Positions 1 to 9,697 of a DNA stretch of 64,000 nt are shown piece after piece; the first letter of the stretch is position 1; every line of letters begins with the position of its first letter. This DNA is from Desulfatiglandales bacterium. GTDB lineage: Bacteria; Desulfobacterota; DSM-4660; Desulfatiglandales; Desulfatiglandaceae. Both the position numbers and the translations under genes were made by a program. The stretch is from contig OY762721.1 of NCBI GenBank assembly GCA_963666345.1, positions 3,488,001 through 3,552,000 on the forward strand, in the 5' to 3' direction. The notes beneath the pieces are model-generated. The model did no database searches, had not been told where the DNA came from, and worked only from the letters and a program-made list of their open reading frames with translations.

Positions 1-1
1 G

Positions 2-367
2 GGAATAGACAAGGCAAAGACAAAGCTCACCGCCTTTGCCCTGGGCGCAACATGGGCCGGGATGGCCGGGGTGCTTTTCGCGGCCAAGACCACCTTTGTA
101 AACCCTGCCAGCTTCACCATCTGGGAATCGGTTATAATCCTCTGCGTGGTTGTGCTGGGCGGCATGGGTTCAGTGGTTGGAGTGATAATGGGGGCGCTGG
201 TTCTGATCCTCCTGCCGGAGTATCTGAGGGCGTTTTCAGAATACCGCATGCTGATCTTCGGGGCGGTCCTTGTTACCATGATGGTCTTTCGTCCGGGGGG
301 ACTCATCACCAATGTACGTCGCAGATACAAGTTTGAAGGTGGTGAAGGCGGAGGCCGAAAAGAATAG
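2..367 (+). CDS. livM: Branched-chain amino acid ABC transporter permease, 5'-truncated by window edge
   Basis: KLTAFALGA...NPASF...VVLGGMGS...LPEYLR...RPGGL motifs; directly upstream of livG/livF. Confidence 0.9.
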   Translation, partial: GIDKAKTKLTAFALGATWAGMAGVLFAAKTTFVNPASFTIWESVIILCVVVLGGMGSVVGVIMGALVLILLPEYLRAFSEYRMLIFGAVLVTMMVFRPGGLITNVRRRYKFEGGEGGGRKE

Positions 368-372
368 AAGAC

Positions 373-1161
373 ATGGAAACTATACTCAACGTACAGAAAC
401 TGACTATGAATTTCGGGGGCTTAAGGGCCCTGGACAAGGTGGACATAGATGTAAAAAAAGGTGAGATCGTAGCCCTTATAGGGCCTAACGGGGCCGGCAA
501 GACGACCTTTTTTAATTGCATTACCGGCATGTATGATCCCACGGCCGGGGACATATTTATCGAGCCGCCAGGCAAGAAGAAAGACAGGATAAACGGGCTT
601 AAGCCCAACAAGGTGACCAAGAAGGGGCTTGCGAGGACCTTCCAGAATATACGGCTTTTTCCGAACATGACGGTGCTCGAAAACGTGATGATCGGCCGGC
701 ACTGCCGCACTCATTCGGGAATCGCCGGGGCCATCTTCAGGGGGATTTCCACCAGAAAAGAGGAAAAAAGGATCATTGAAGACAGTTACGTCATACTTGA
801 GAAGATAGGGCTTTCCCAGTATGTGAACGAACTGGCAATGAATCTTCCCTACGGAGCGCAGAGGCGCCTTGAAATCGCAAGGGCCATGGGTACCGAGCCG
901 TTTCTGCTCCTGCTGGATGAGCCGGCGGCCGGGATGAATCCCCTTGAGACGAGAGAGCTTGATCAACTCATTACAAAGCTCAGGGATACGGAGGACATCT
1001 CCATACTTCTTATCGAACATGACATGAAGCTGGTGATGAGTCTGTCGGACAGGATTTTTGTGGTTGACTACGGGAAAAAGATAGCCCAGGGCACGCCTGA
1101 AGAGATCAAAAACAACCCCGTGGTCATAAAGGCCTATCTTGGAGAAGAACTCGATGCTTAA
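373..1161 (+). CDS. livG: Branched-chain amino acid ABC transporter ATP-binding protein
   Basis: Walker A GPNGAGKT, ARTFQNIRLF, LLLLDEPAAG, LIEHDM, C-terminal AYLG. Confidence 0.93.
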   Translation: METILNVQKLTMNFGGLRALDKVDIDVKKGEIVALIGPNGAGKTTFFNCITGMYDPTAGDIFIEPPGKKKDRINGLKPNKVTKKGLARTFQNIRLFPNMTVLENVMIGRHCRTHSGIAGAIFRGISTRKEEKRIIEDSYVILEKIGLSQYVNELAMNLPYGAQRRLEIARAMGTEPFLLLLDEPAAGMNPLETRELDQLITKLRDTEDISILLIEHDMKLVMSLSDRIFVVDYGKKIAQGTPEEIKNNPVVIKAYLGEELDA

Positions 1162-1861
1162 GCTCAAAAATATCCAAACATTCTATGGAAATATCCAGGC
1201 CCTGAAGGATGTCAGCATCGAGCTTTCCGAAGGAGAGATCGTCACACTCATCGGTGCCAACGGCGCCGGGAAGACAACCACCCTTATGTCAATCTCCGGC
1301 ATAGTTCCTGCCAGATCGGGTGAAATCTTCTTCATGGATGAACCTATCCATGATATGAGTCCCGACCTGATAGTGGCGCTTGGTGTCAGCCAGGTGCCTG
1401 AAGGACGCAGGATATTCCCATACCTCACGGTTTCGGAAAATCTTGATATGGGGGCCTTTTTAAGAAACGACACCGATGAGATACAAAAGGACAAGGAGTA
1501 TGTGTTCGGGCTTTTTCCGATCCTGGCGGAGCGAAGGAATCAGGCCGGAGGGACCCTGAGCGGCGGCGAGCAGCAGATGCTGGCGATTTCAAGGGCGCTT
1601 ATGGCCAGGCCCAGACTGCTCCTGCTGGACGAGCCTTCACTCGGGCTTGCACCTCTTTTTGTAAGACAGATCTTCGATATAATTGAAAAAATCAACAGGG
1701 AAAACAATACCACCATCTTTCTCGTGGAGCAGAACGCAAACCTCGCCCTGAAGGTCGCTCACAGGGGATATGTCATGGAAAACGGATGTATCACAATGAT
1801 GGACAAGGCGGGCAATCTGCTTTCAAACGAAGAGGTGAGAAAGGCATACCTGGGTATATAA
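1154..1861 (+). CDS. livF: Branched-chain amino acid ABC transporter ATP-binding protein
   Basis: GANGAGKT, VPEGRRIF, LSGGEQQML, LDEPSLGLAP, VEQNA; ATG 1154 overlaps the livG end. Confidence 0.93.
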   Translation: MLKLKNIQTFYGNIQALKDVSIELSEGEIVTLIGANGAGKTTTLMSISGIVPARSGEIFFMDEPIHDMSPDLIVALGVSQVPEGRRIFPYLTVSENLDMGAFLRNDTDEIQKDKEYVFGLFPILAERRNQAGGTLSGGEQQMLAISRALMARPRLLLLDEPSLGLAPLFVRQIFDIIEKINRENNTTIFLVEQNANLALKVAHRGYVMENGCITMMDKAGNLLSNEEVRKAYLGI

Positions 1862-1924
1862 GGGTTCAGGTTTTGATGCGGCCTTTGAAATGCCCTCAGA
1901 GAGATGAGGCCCCGGGTGCCCGGA

Positions 1925-2254
1925 CTATAATCCTGCCAGAGACCGCCATAATGCCACTGCCAGCATACCTGTAAGCACGGAACCGAAGAGGCTTCGCGTT
2001 TTCCAGGCCACAATCAGGGTCGGGATGGCGGCCCAGACAAAGACATTGTCCAATCCAAGTTTCAACCCCTCATCCCTTATCAGAAGTGAAGGCAGAAGCA
2101 TGGCGGAAAGTACCGAGACAGGGACATTCCCGAGCCACGCGATTACGCGTGGAGGAAGCGGTCTCGATGAAAGAAGCATGGAAGGAAGAAAACGGGGAAT
2201 ATAGGTCACAACCGCCATTCCCATTATTGTCAGGAAGATGCCTTCGGATCCCAT
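1925..2254 (-). CDS. azlD: AzlD-family branched-chain amino acid export protein
   Basis: GMAVVTYIPRFLP motif, small hydrophobic protein overlapping the 3' end of azlC. Confidence 0.85.
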   Translation of the reverse strand: MGSEGIFLTIMGMAVVTYIPRFLPSMLLSSRPLPPRVIAWLGNVPVSVLSAMLLPSLLIRDEGLKLGLDNVFVWAAIPTLIVAWKTRSLFGSVLTGMLAVALWRSLAGL

Positions 2255-2952
2255 TGTTCAAATAATACCCCCAGGGTGGCGCCTATGAGTGTCGCGATTA
2301 TTATATTCCACCGATCCATGCCGGCCAGCAGAAGCAAAACCGACAGGGAACCGGTGATAATTGCCAGTAAGACCTGATTTATTTTTTTTATCTGAAGCAC
2401 TATGAGTGCTATGAACAGGGCGGGAAGGGCATAGTCGAGTGCGTATGCCTCTACATCGGCAACCAGACGTCCGGCCCGGGCGCCGATCCATGTCCCTGCG
2501 ACCCATGCCGACTGCGCGGTCACGTTTGTCGCGAAGACCTCCCTTTTGACCAGGCTGGTGGATCCGAAACTGGTCGAATGCACCGCAAATGTTTCATCCG
2601 TGACCTGAAAGGAGAAGGCTGCAAGCTCCGATGCCTTCCACCCCTTGAGAAAGGGAGCCAGGGCCGAAGTCATTATGAGGTGCCTGAGATTTACTATGAG
2701 GGTGGTCAGGACGATCGAAACACCCGGTACGGAGGCCTCAATGAGGCCGACCGCGATAAACTGGGCCGCGCCCGCATATACCAGCAGGGACATGGCAACG
2801 GTATTCAAAAAGGAAATGCCCGCCTTTTGAGCCAGGACCCCGAAGGCGAAACCCACCGGCACATAGCCCATTACGATGGGAAGTGCCCGGAGTATGCCGC
2901 GGATGACCCCCTCTTCCTTTTCAGTTCGTTTAAAGATGTCCTTTATATTCAA
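2230..2952 (-). CDS. azlC: AzlC-family permease (start uncertain; ORF is open to 3114)
   Basis: GYVPVGFAFG, MSLLVYAGAAQF, VNLRH, TDETFA motifs. Confidence 0.88.
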   Translation of the reverse strand: MNIKDIFKRTEKEEGVIRGILRALPIVMGYVPVGFAFGVLAQKAGISFLNTVAMSLLVYAGAAQFIAVGLIEASVPGVSIVLTTLIVNLRHLIMTSALAPFLKGWKASELAAFSFQVTDETFAVHSTSFGSTSLVKREVFATNVTAQSAWVAGTWIGARAGRLVADVEAYALDYALPALFIALIVLQIKKINQVLLAIITGSLSVLLLLAGMDRWNIIIATLIGATLGVLFEQWDPKASS

Positions 2953-3202
2953 TGCCTGTGTCCCGGGACTGCCTGGGGGTTGTCGATTCCTTCCATTGAC
3001 CGGATTGTCGTCAAACGGGATGGGCCTGTTCAAAGATGAAAAACCCGGTTCTATGAACCAGGTCGGAAATAACGGTTTTGACTTAAGGGATCGGGATAAG
3101 TGGCCAAAGATCACTGAAATTGAAAGTGCCCGGAATTGCGCGGACTCGGCGTCCGGAAATTTTACCGGTGACTTCGATTAACCGCGGGATGGCCGTGCCG
3201 CG

Positions 3203-3820
3203 TTATTTTGATAAACGCAATCTCTGGCCCGGTTTAATCCCGGCCTTGGCATTCAGCCCGTTTATGCTGCAGAGCTCTTTCAGGGGGATTCCCCGGTTGC
3301 GGGAAATACCGTAAAGTGTGTCTCCCTTTTTGACGACATAGTAGAGTGTCTTTGAAGAAGCGGTACCTTTGCCGGGGGACGAACCTGCCGAGGCCTTTTT
3401 AGCTGGAAGAGGCGCCACTTTCTTGTCAAGGGAATCGATCCTCTTTTTTAACCCGGCCAGGGTCTTTGAATCGGATTCAAGATCGGCCGCGGCCCGACTA
3501 ATTTCCTTTTCAAGCAGGGTGATCCTTTTTTCCACCGCGTCAATTCGGGCTATCTTCGTGTCCATCCTTTCCAGCTTCGAGTTAAGGGCCTTAAGCTCAT
3601 CCTGGGAAATGCCTTGTCCGCCCCTGAACAGGAGGACCAGGATGACAACAACTATACCCAGTGCGATACCGAGGAATAGAGGGAGCCTGGCTGCGGAGCC
3701 TGAACCGTAACGAGCCCTGTTGCGGCCGGCGTCGGATTCATCGTAGGCGTAGTCAGGGTCTTGTTCAAAATCTTCCATGATCTCTATTTCATCCAGGTCT
3801 TTATCAGGGTGTTTTCTCAT
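3203..3820 (-). CDS. Membrane-anchored coiled-coil protein with C-terminal LysM domain
   Basis: One TM helix, heptad-rich segment, YVVKKGDTLYGIS...INGL...IKPGQRL; AAGGAG RBS before ATG 3820. Confidence 0.85.
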   Translation of the reverse strand: MRKHPDKDLDEIEIMEDFEQDPDYAYDESDAGRNRARYGSGSAARLPLFLGIALGIVVVILVLLFRGGQGISQDELKALNSKLERMDTKIARIDAVEKRITLLEKEISRAAADLESDSKTLAGLKKRIDSLDKKVAPLPAKKASAGSSPGKGTASSKTLYYVVKKGDTLYGISRNRGIPLKELCSINGLNAKAGIKPGQRLRLSK

Positions 3821-4225
3821 CGGTATCTCCTTGTTCGTCATAAGTAAAAGGGATTTCAGAATTCAACTATAGGCCATAATAAGGTATCAAATCAACCCTT
3901 GATTATAATATTTCAGGAGCTGGTAAATTAATTTTCCGGCGTTTTTTTGCGGCACAGTCCCATGAGGGCCATATTTATGAGCCGGTCTGTTTTTCCGCAG
4001 GAAAGGGTTGCGTTAATTTCCTTGAGGGTCCCAACCCCGGGGTATATAAAACGAGAGAAGAGATAATTTACCTTGCCTGCACCTGTCTGGACGGCTGCGG
4101 CACCGGCACTCCTTTTTCCGGCCTTCTCTATTCCTTGCGGAAAAGTGACCTCATATATGGGGATTATAGGCAAATTGCTGTCTATTGATGCTGTGTGAGT
4201 ATGTTCACCTGTCGTATAAAATATT

Positions 4226-4263
4226 AAAGGATTCAATCGGCCAAGGGGCCGAGGGTCCAAGTG
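4226..4263 (+). repeat. Degenerate tandem octamer repeats (GGATTCAA/GGGGCCGA/GGGTCCAA type)
   Basis: aaaggattcaatcggccaaggggccgagggtccaagtg matches the octamers flanking the four-helix-bundle cassettes at 14001 and 48102. Confidence 0.55.
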
Positions 4264-4315
4264 GGGGAGCCGTTTCCCGCTTTTCCCGTCTTTATCGCCG
4301 ATTTATAAGGCCGGA

Positions 4316-4377
4316 GAAATCGGGAACCCGCCCCGAGTTTTCCGAGGGGTGGGGCTGAGCGGAGCGGAGCAAAGAAA
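4316..4377 (+). repeat. ~60-bp hairpin repeat, copy 1 of 4
   Basis: GAAATCGGGAACCCGC-[CCCGAGTTTTCCGAGGG]-GTGGGGCTGAGCGGAGCGGAGCAAAGAAA; homologous to 13931-13992 (reverse), 14337-14406 and 48503-48572. Confidence 0.85.
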
Positions 4378-4471
4378 AGAGCCCCGGTGCCTGCGCTCGT
4401 GCGTAAGGCGAAAAGAGGCGCGGGAAAGTGTAAATAGTGTGTTTTTGAAAACGAATATGGATTTGGAATTA

Positions 4472-5671
4472 ATGATGAGAAAACATTTTATAAAGGCAGG
4501 ATGGCTTATAGACGGAACAGGGGCCGGGGCAAAGAGGGATGTTACCGTCTGTTTGAATGGAGCTTTGATTTCCTCGATTGAAGAAGGCGCCTTTCAAACG
4601 GAAGAGGGGGCCGGTGTGGTGGATCTTTCGGACTGCACAATACTTCCGGGCTTAGTAGATTCACATGTCCATCTGTTCATGTCCGGGACGGCCGATGAAG
4701 GGATCAGAAAGAGACAGCTCAACTTATGCTTTGAGGATGCAAGAGAAGTCATTTCCAGGCATCTTGATGAGCATCTGTCCTGCGGGGTTGTGGCTGTAAG
4801 GGACGGAGGCGACTACGGGGGGCATTCGCTCAGGTATAAGAGGGAGTGTATGAAACAGAGTGGGCCTGTTCAGGTGAAATCTCCCGGAAAGGCGTGGAGA
4901 GCCGCAGGACGCTATGGAAGACTTATAGGAAGGCCTGTCTCACCGGGTGGCCGGCTCGGTAAGGCGATATCAGAGGAAACTGCCCCGATCGACCATATAA
5001 AGATAGTAAATTCCGGGCTTAACAGCCTCAGGGAGTTTTCAAGGCAGGGGCCTCCTCAATTCAGCCTTGAGGAACTTAGATCGGCCGTGTCCGAGGCCTT
5101 GAGACTAGGTATCGGTGTAATGGTTCACGCAAACGGCGGTATCCCCGTGTCTCTTGCCGTGGAGTCGGGCTGCACCTCGATCGAGCATGGCTTTTTTATG
5201 GGTGATGAGAACATCAGGATGCTTGCCGATAGCGGTACCGCGTGGGTTCCCACCGCATTCACAATGAAGGCCTATTCGGAAGGGTTAGACTCAGGCACGA
5301 TCGAATCGAGGGTGGCATGGCAGAACCTTGAGCATCAGCTCGAACAGATCCAAAAGGCAAATGAACTGGGTGTGGTCATGGCGATCGGTACGGACTCCGG
5401 GAGCCTTGGGGTTCACCACGGCTCTTCGGTGATAGAGGAGATGCGGCTTTTCAGACAGGCAGGCCTATCCGTTGAACAGGTCGTAAAGAGCGCCACTTCA
5501 AACGGTGCCTTGATTATGGGGCTTGAAAAAGATCTGGGCCGTATCGCAGCCGGGATTCCCGCCACTTTTGTCGCCGTGCCGGGTGGGCCGGAGGGCCTTC
5601 CCGAGGCCCTGATGAGACCGGAGGGGGTATGGATAAATGGAGAAAAACGGGTAAGTCAGGCAATCCTTTGA
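4472..5671 (+). CDS. Metal-dependent amidohydrolase (imidazolonepropionase-like)
   Basis: ILPGLVDSHVH, VRDGG, VHANG, SIEHG, IGTDSG; start could be 4457. Confidence 0.85.
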   Translation: MMRKHFIKAGWLIDGTGAGAKRDVTVCLNGALISSIEEGAFQTEEGAGVVDLSDCTILPGLVDSHVHLFMSGTADEGIRKRQLNLCFEDAREVISRHLDEHLSCGVVAVRDGGDYGGHSLRYKRECMKQSGPVQVKSPGKAWRAAGRYGRLIGRPVSPGGRLGKAISEETAPIDHIKIVNSGLNSLREFSRQGPPQFSLEELRSAVSEALRLGIGVMVHANGGIPVSLAVESGCTSIEHGFFMGDENIRMLADSGTAWVPTAFTMKAYSEGLDSGTIESRVAWQNLEHQLEQIQKANELGVVMAIGTDSGSLGVHHGSSVIEEMRLFRQAGLSVEQVVKSATSNGALIMGLEKDLGRIAAGIPATFVAVPGGPEGLPEALMRPEGVWINGEKRVSQAIL

Positions 5672-6324
5672 AGAAAGGCCCTGAGCCTGTCTCTTATCGA
5701 TCTTATGACCAGTTCGGCCCTGCTCCTGCTGTGGTATTTTGCCTTTTGCTCAGGGGTCACCGACTCCGGGTCATGGCGGAGCTTTAGTTTGATTATGGCG
5801 ATGAAGTCGTCCTCCAGAAATCTGCGGTATATAAAATCAAGAGGAAAAAATCGGAACTCCCTTTTGCTGATGGATGCGGCCCAGTCAACAACATAGGGGG
5901 TCCCGTCCTCACCCAGAATTATATTGGGCGCCCTTTTAAGATCACAATGGGCGATTCCTCTTTCATGGAATCTTTTTACAAGATCAGTCAGGGCCTCAAA
6001 AAAATCGGGCGGAATCATGTCGTAGGATTCGAGTTGTTCCATGTTTTTCCCGGGGATCTGCTGCGTAACGATTGCCAGTCCGGACGCCCCGTAGAATTGA
6101 GGGACACCCTTGACGCCCCTGAGGGCCTTGTAGGCCCTTTTTTCTCGCCATATAAGGAATCTTCCGACAATATTGCGGAAAATGGCGCTGTTGGAGCTGA
6201 AATCCTTTACCACCGCTTTTGAATCCTTGTTTTCGACAAGCCATATCATAGGCCTTGTGCTGGAAGGGCCTCTGAGTACGGTGCATTTCCGTTTGGTAAG
6301 ATCTGAGGGTTTTGGTTCAAACAT
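5656..6324 (-). CDS. RIO/Kdo-WaaP-like protein-kinase-fold protein
   Basis: VVKDF, REKRAY, HERGIAHCDLK..NII, YVVDWA. Confidence 0.7.
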   Translation of the reverse strand: MFEPKPSDLTKRKCTVLRGPSSTRPMIWLVENKDSKAVVKDFSSNSAIFRNIVGRFLIWREKRAYKALRGVKGVPQFYGASGLAIVTQQIPGKNMEQLESYDMIPPDFFEALTDLVKRFHERGIAHCDLKRAPNIILGEDGTPYVVDWAASISKREFRFFPLDFIYRRFLEDDFIAIIKLKLRHDPESVTPEQKAKYHSRSRAELVIRSIRDRLRAFLQRIA

Positions 6325-6345
6325 GGTTTGCCTGACCGGAGCTTT

Positions 6346-7008
6346 CTATATTTTTTCCCGAAGCCATCGGCACCATTCCATTATGCCCTGGCCGGTTTTG
6401 CATGAAATCTCAAAGATTACAAGTCCGGGATTCACCTTGAGCGATTCCTCCCGGATCCTGTCCAGACTTGTATCAACATAGGGAAGCAGATCAATCTTAT
6501 TGATGAGGAGCGCTTCCGATTCCCGGAACATGAGAGGGTATTTCGATGGTTTGTCGTCTCCTTCGGTCACACTCAGTATCATCGCCTTGAAGTGTTCCCC
6601 GACCTTGAACTCGGCAGGGCAGACCAGATTGCCCACGTTTTCGATTATCAGGAGGTTTATCAGGGAAAGATCCAGCTTTTCAAAGGCATTCCTGACCATG
6701 TTGCCGTCAAGATGGCATGCTCCCCCGGTGTTTATCTGTACTACCTGTATGCCCTTTTTCGCTACTCTCTCGGCGTCATGGCTCGACTGAATATCCCCTT
6801 CTATAACTCCCAGATTCAATTCGCTCTTCAGATTATCGATGGTTCTTTCGAGAAGGCTGGTTTTGCCCGCACCCGGAGAACTCATCAGGTTAACGGCCAA
6901 TAGGGCGTTTGAATCGAAAATCGCCCTGTTTTCAAGGGCGATTCGATCATTGGCCTCAAGAATATTTCTTACCACTTCAATCTTCATGACAGTCTGCTTT
7001 TCCCTCAA
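6346..7008 (-). CDS. hypB: Hydrogenase nickel incorporation GTPase HypB
   Basis: MSSPGAGKTSLL, EGD, TGGACHLD, ENVGNLVCPA, DKPSKYP, NKIDL. Confidence 0.93.
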   Translation of the reverse strand: MREKQTVMKIEVVRNILEANDRIALENRAIFDSNALLAVNLMSSPGAGKTSLLERTIDNLKSELNLGVIEGDIQSSHDAERVAKKGIQVVQINTGGACHLDGNMVRNAFEKLDLSLINLLIIENVGNLVCPAEFKVGEHFKAMILSVTEGDDKPSKYPLMFRESEALLINKIDLLPYVDTSLDRIREESLKVNPGLVIFEISCKTGQGIMEWCRWLREKI

Positions 7009-7346
7009 CCGACTTCCATCTCAATGATGGAGAGTTCCTGCCCGGAAAGCTCCGAGATATCCGTTCCTTCGCACCCGGGGCATACAAATTCAAATTCCCT
7101 GATCTCGAATTCCCTGCCGCAGTCGGCGCAGATTCCCCTTAAGGGGATGGACTCTATTATCAGATCCGCTCCATCAAGCTCGGTCCCGGATATTATCAAC
7201 CCAAAGGAGAAAGAGAGGGCCTCCGGAACAACAGCCGTTAATGCGCCCACATGGAGAAGGACCGATCTAAGCCGGTCTGCCCCGTTGATTTTCATTTCTT
7301 CCCTGATAATTTTTATCAGGTTTTCCGCAATGGCCATCTCATGCAT
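7005..7346 (-). CDS. hypA: Hydrogenase maturation nickel metallochaperone HypA
   Basis: N-terminal MHE, CADC...CPGC, GQEL; overlaps hypB. Confidence 0.92.
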   Translation of the reverse strand: MHEMAIAENLIKIIREEMKINGADRLRSVLLHVGALTAVVPEALSFSFGLIISGTELDGADLIIESIPLRGICADCGREFEIREFEFVCPGCEGTDISELSGQELSIIEMEVG

Positions 7347-7398
7347 GGGCGTCTCTTTTCCGGCCGTTTCATGGGGAAAACGACGGCCTCAAAATTGC

Positions 7399-8352
7399 TC
7401 AGCCCTGTGTGAGTGACACGATAAGGGAATTCACCTTCTGCCTTGCATCGTTAAACACCCCTGAAAGGTTGAGAGAGTGGTTGGCGAATATGCTGTCGGG
7501 GTCGCCGTTACAGACAAGAAGCGGTTCAAAATGACAGCGGCGCAGGTTTTCAAGGATTTTGTCCACAAGCGTAACGGAGTTTTTGTCCTTGAGCACATCC
7601 AGAAAGTCAATCTTTATCGCCTTGAAAGACTCATAAAGTCCGTAGGCGACACCCTGGGCATAGTAGAAATTATCATCCACCCTGTACCAGGGGATATCTA
7701 TATCCACTGTTCTGGGGGTGCCGGTTCCCTTTTTAGTGTCTTCTTCGACAACAAGAGAGCGGTCGATGTCTCCGGGGGCGTTTATGAGCCTGGTATTGGC
7801 CCCGCCCATCAGGGATGCATACTGGCTGAGTAGTTCAATCAGGTTGTCGGCCCTGGAGTAAAAGTCTGAAGCCCCTGAGGAGAGCTTCGCGTCGAATTTC
7901 TCGAGCGCCTTGTGCGCCTGTTTCCATTTGCCTTCGGCAGACGGAAACCACCACTTGAAGGGATCATTTGAAAGTGAGGTAAATGCCTCCTCGGCAAGGG
8001 GGTCAAGTTTGTCGGTCGTCCTCATCCTTGTGAGATTGTCCCGCAGGACCCGGATGTTGTATCGCACGACCTCCAGCTCTCCGATCTGAAAGTTGGGCAT
8101 GTTGTCGAGCAGAACCGTGGGCCAGAATAGATCGTTCGGCATCCAGTTGACGTACATCTGTTCAATTAGCGCGAGGTTGGTTTTTATGAAAGCGGACCCG
8201 TCTACCTTCTTGTTGATGCCGCTTACGGCGAGCCTCTCAGGCTTTTTTGAGTTAACAAACATGACGCCAAAGACAAAAATCAGAAAGAGTATGATCAAAA
8301 AAAACACCATCTTTTTTGATTTTTTTTCGGGCTTTTTATTTTTGCCTGCCAT
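7399..8352 (-). CDS. DUF2333-family membrane-anchored protein
   Basis: N-terminal TM; WMPND, LDNMPNFQIG, WWFPSAE, RADNL, DDNFYYAQG, IFANHS. Confidence 0.75.
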   Translation of the reverse strand: MAGKNKKPEKKSKKMVFFLIILFLIFVFGVMFVNSKKPERLAVSGINKKVDGSAFIKTNLALIEQMYVNWMPNDLFWPTVLLDNMPNFQIGELEVVRYNIRVLRDNLTRMRTTDKLDPLAEEAFTSLSNDPFKWWFPSAEGKWKQAHKALEKFDAKLSSGASDFYSRADNLIELLSQYASLMGGANTRLINAPGDIDRSLVVEEDTKKGTGTPRTVDIDIPWYRVDDNFYYAQGVAYGLYESFKAIKIDFLDVLKDKNSVTLVDKILENLRRCHFEPLLVCNGDPDSIFANHSLNLSGVFNDARQKVNSLIVSLTQG

Positions 8353-8915
8353 TTTTGATAAGCTCCTTGAAAGATAAAGTTTGTCTTGCCTTTAAAAGAA
8401 ACGGATCGATCATCGCGTTTCAGGGTATTTTAGAAAGGAGTTGCAGGTCTTGTCAACAGACTCTTGCCGCGGGTCTAGTGATAGGCGAAAAATACTGGCA
8501 TGGTTATTCGTTATCGGTTATACGGGAAAACAGGAAACATACCCATGAAAACTCCTTAACACCTCTGTTTGCCGATTCATAAGCGCGGGCGCCTCAGCAA
8601 TCCGGCGAAAAGGACGGGAAACGAGAAAACTCTGCAACCGGTAGTTGAACAATACCGCTTTTGTAGTATATAACTGCCTTTTCCATGATCCGGCATCAAG
8701 AGGTAATGCGAGGCGTATATGTCAACCGGCTCGTTGCCCCTTGCCTGCATCTGACACCCTGCCGGTGTCCGGGGGCAATCAAAATTTTTAAAGGCATGGT
8801 TGATTGCGCCCGGCTTGGGTGGTGGATTCGGGTTTGATAGCACCCGGATCGGCATGGCTTAACGCCGTGGCTTCAGGTTCGCAGGAGTTTAAACGCAAGG
8901 AACGGGGACAGCCTA

Positions 8916-9692
8916 ATGAAAAATGAATTCATCGATTTTATGTCGCAGATCGCAGGGGATGCGGGAAAAGAACTCCTTGATTATTTCAGAAAAGACCAGG
9001 GGCTTATCAGCATGCGGAGCACGGCCAAAGAGGCCGCTACCGGGTATGACCTCATAATCGACAAATTCCTGATCGGGGAAATCAGGCGAAGATACCCTGG
9101 TCACAGCCTTTTGACCGAAGAAAGCGGCCGTTTCAAGGGAGACCCAGAAATGCTTTGGGTAATAGACTCTCTTGACGGAACCGGAAATTTCGCGAATCAG
9201 AACCCGCTTTTTTCCGTATGCATCGCCTTGTTGAGAAAAGGAATCCCTGATGCAGGAGTTGTGTATGCCCCTGCCATCGGAGAGCTTTACTCGGCCTCAA
9301 GGGGGGAAGGGGCCCGGCTGAACGGGAAAAGGATCTCCGTTTCAGATGTCGAGGATCTAAGGGAAAGCTATTCCCTGTATTGTGAAGGTGGCGATACCGA
9401 CAGGGAAAGGACCGGAGGCATCCTCACAGGCGTCTACCGTGAGGTAAAGGATATACGTAAACTGGGGACCGCCGGGCTTGAAACTGCGTGGGTGGCCTCA
9501 GGAAGGAGCGAGACCTATTTTACGACCAGGATAGATCCGTGGGATGTGGCCCCCGGTGTAATCCTCGTCAAGGAGGCGGGAGGCAGGGTCTCGGACTTTT
9601 ACGGGAAGGAATGGGAATGCAAAAGAAGTGACCTCCTGTTTTCAAATTCCACGGTACATTCCAGGATGCTGGAGGTCTTGAAGCAAAACTGA
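8916..9692 (+). CDS. Inositol monophosphatase family protein
   Basis: LTEE, WVIDSLDGTGNF, WVASGR, PWDVAPG. Confidence 0.88.
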   Translation: MKNEFIDFMSQIAGDAGKELLDYFRKDQGLISMRSTAKEAATGYDLIIDKFLIGEIRRRYPGHSLLTEESGRFKGDPEMLWVIDSLDGTGNFANQNPLFSVCIALLRKGIPDAGVVYAPAIGELYSASRGEGARLNGKRISVSDVEDLRESYSLYCEGGDTDRERTGGILTGVYREVKDIRKLGTAGLETAWVASGRSETYFTTRIDPWDVAPGVILVKEAGGRVSDFYGKEWECKRSDLLFSNSTVHSRMLEVLKQN

Positions 9693-9697
9693 ACCGG

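Noticed and set aside
8790..8810. Sigma-54 promoter
   Set aside because: GG-to-GC spacing is off by one and the -24 box is imperfect; the candidates near 8496 and 13740 also fail
8600..8900. Possible small gene or MITE in the DUF2333-IMPase intergenic region
   Set aside because: Only weak hairpins and no second copy in the window
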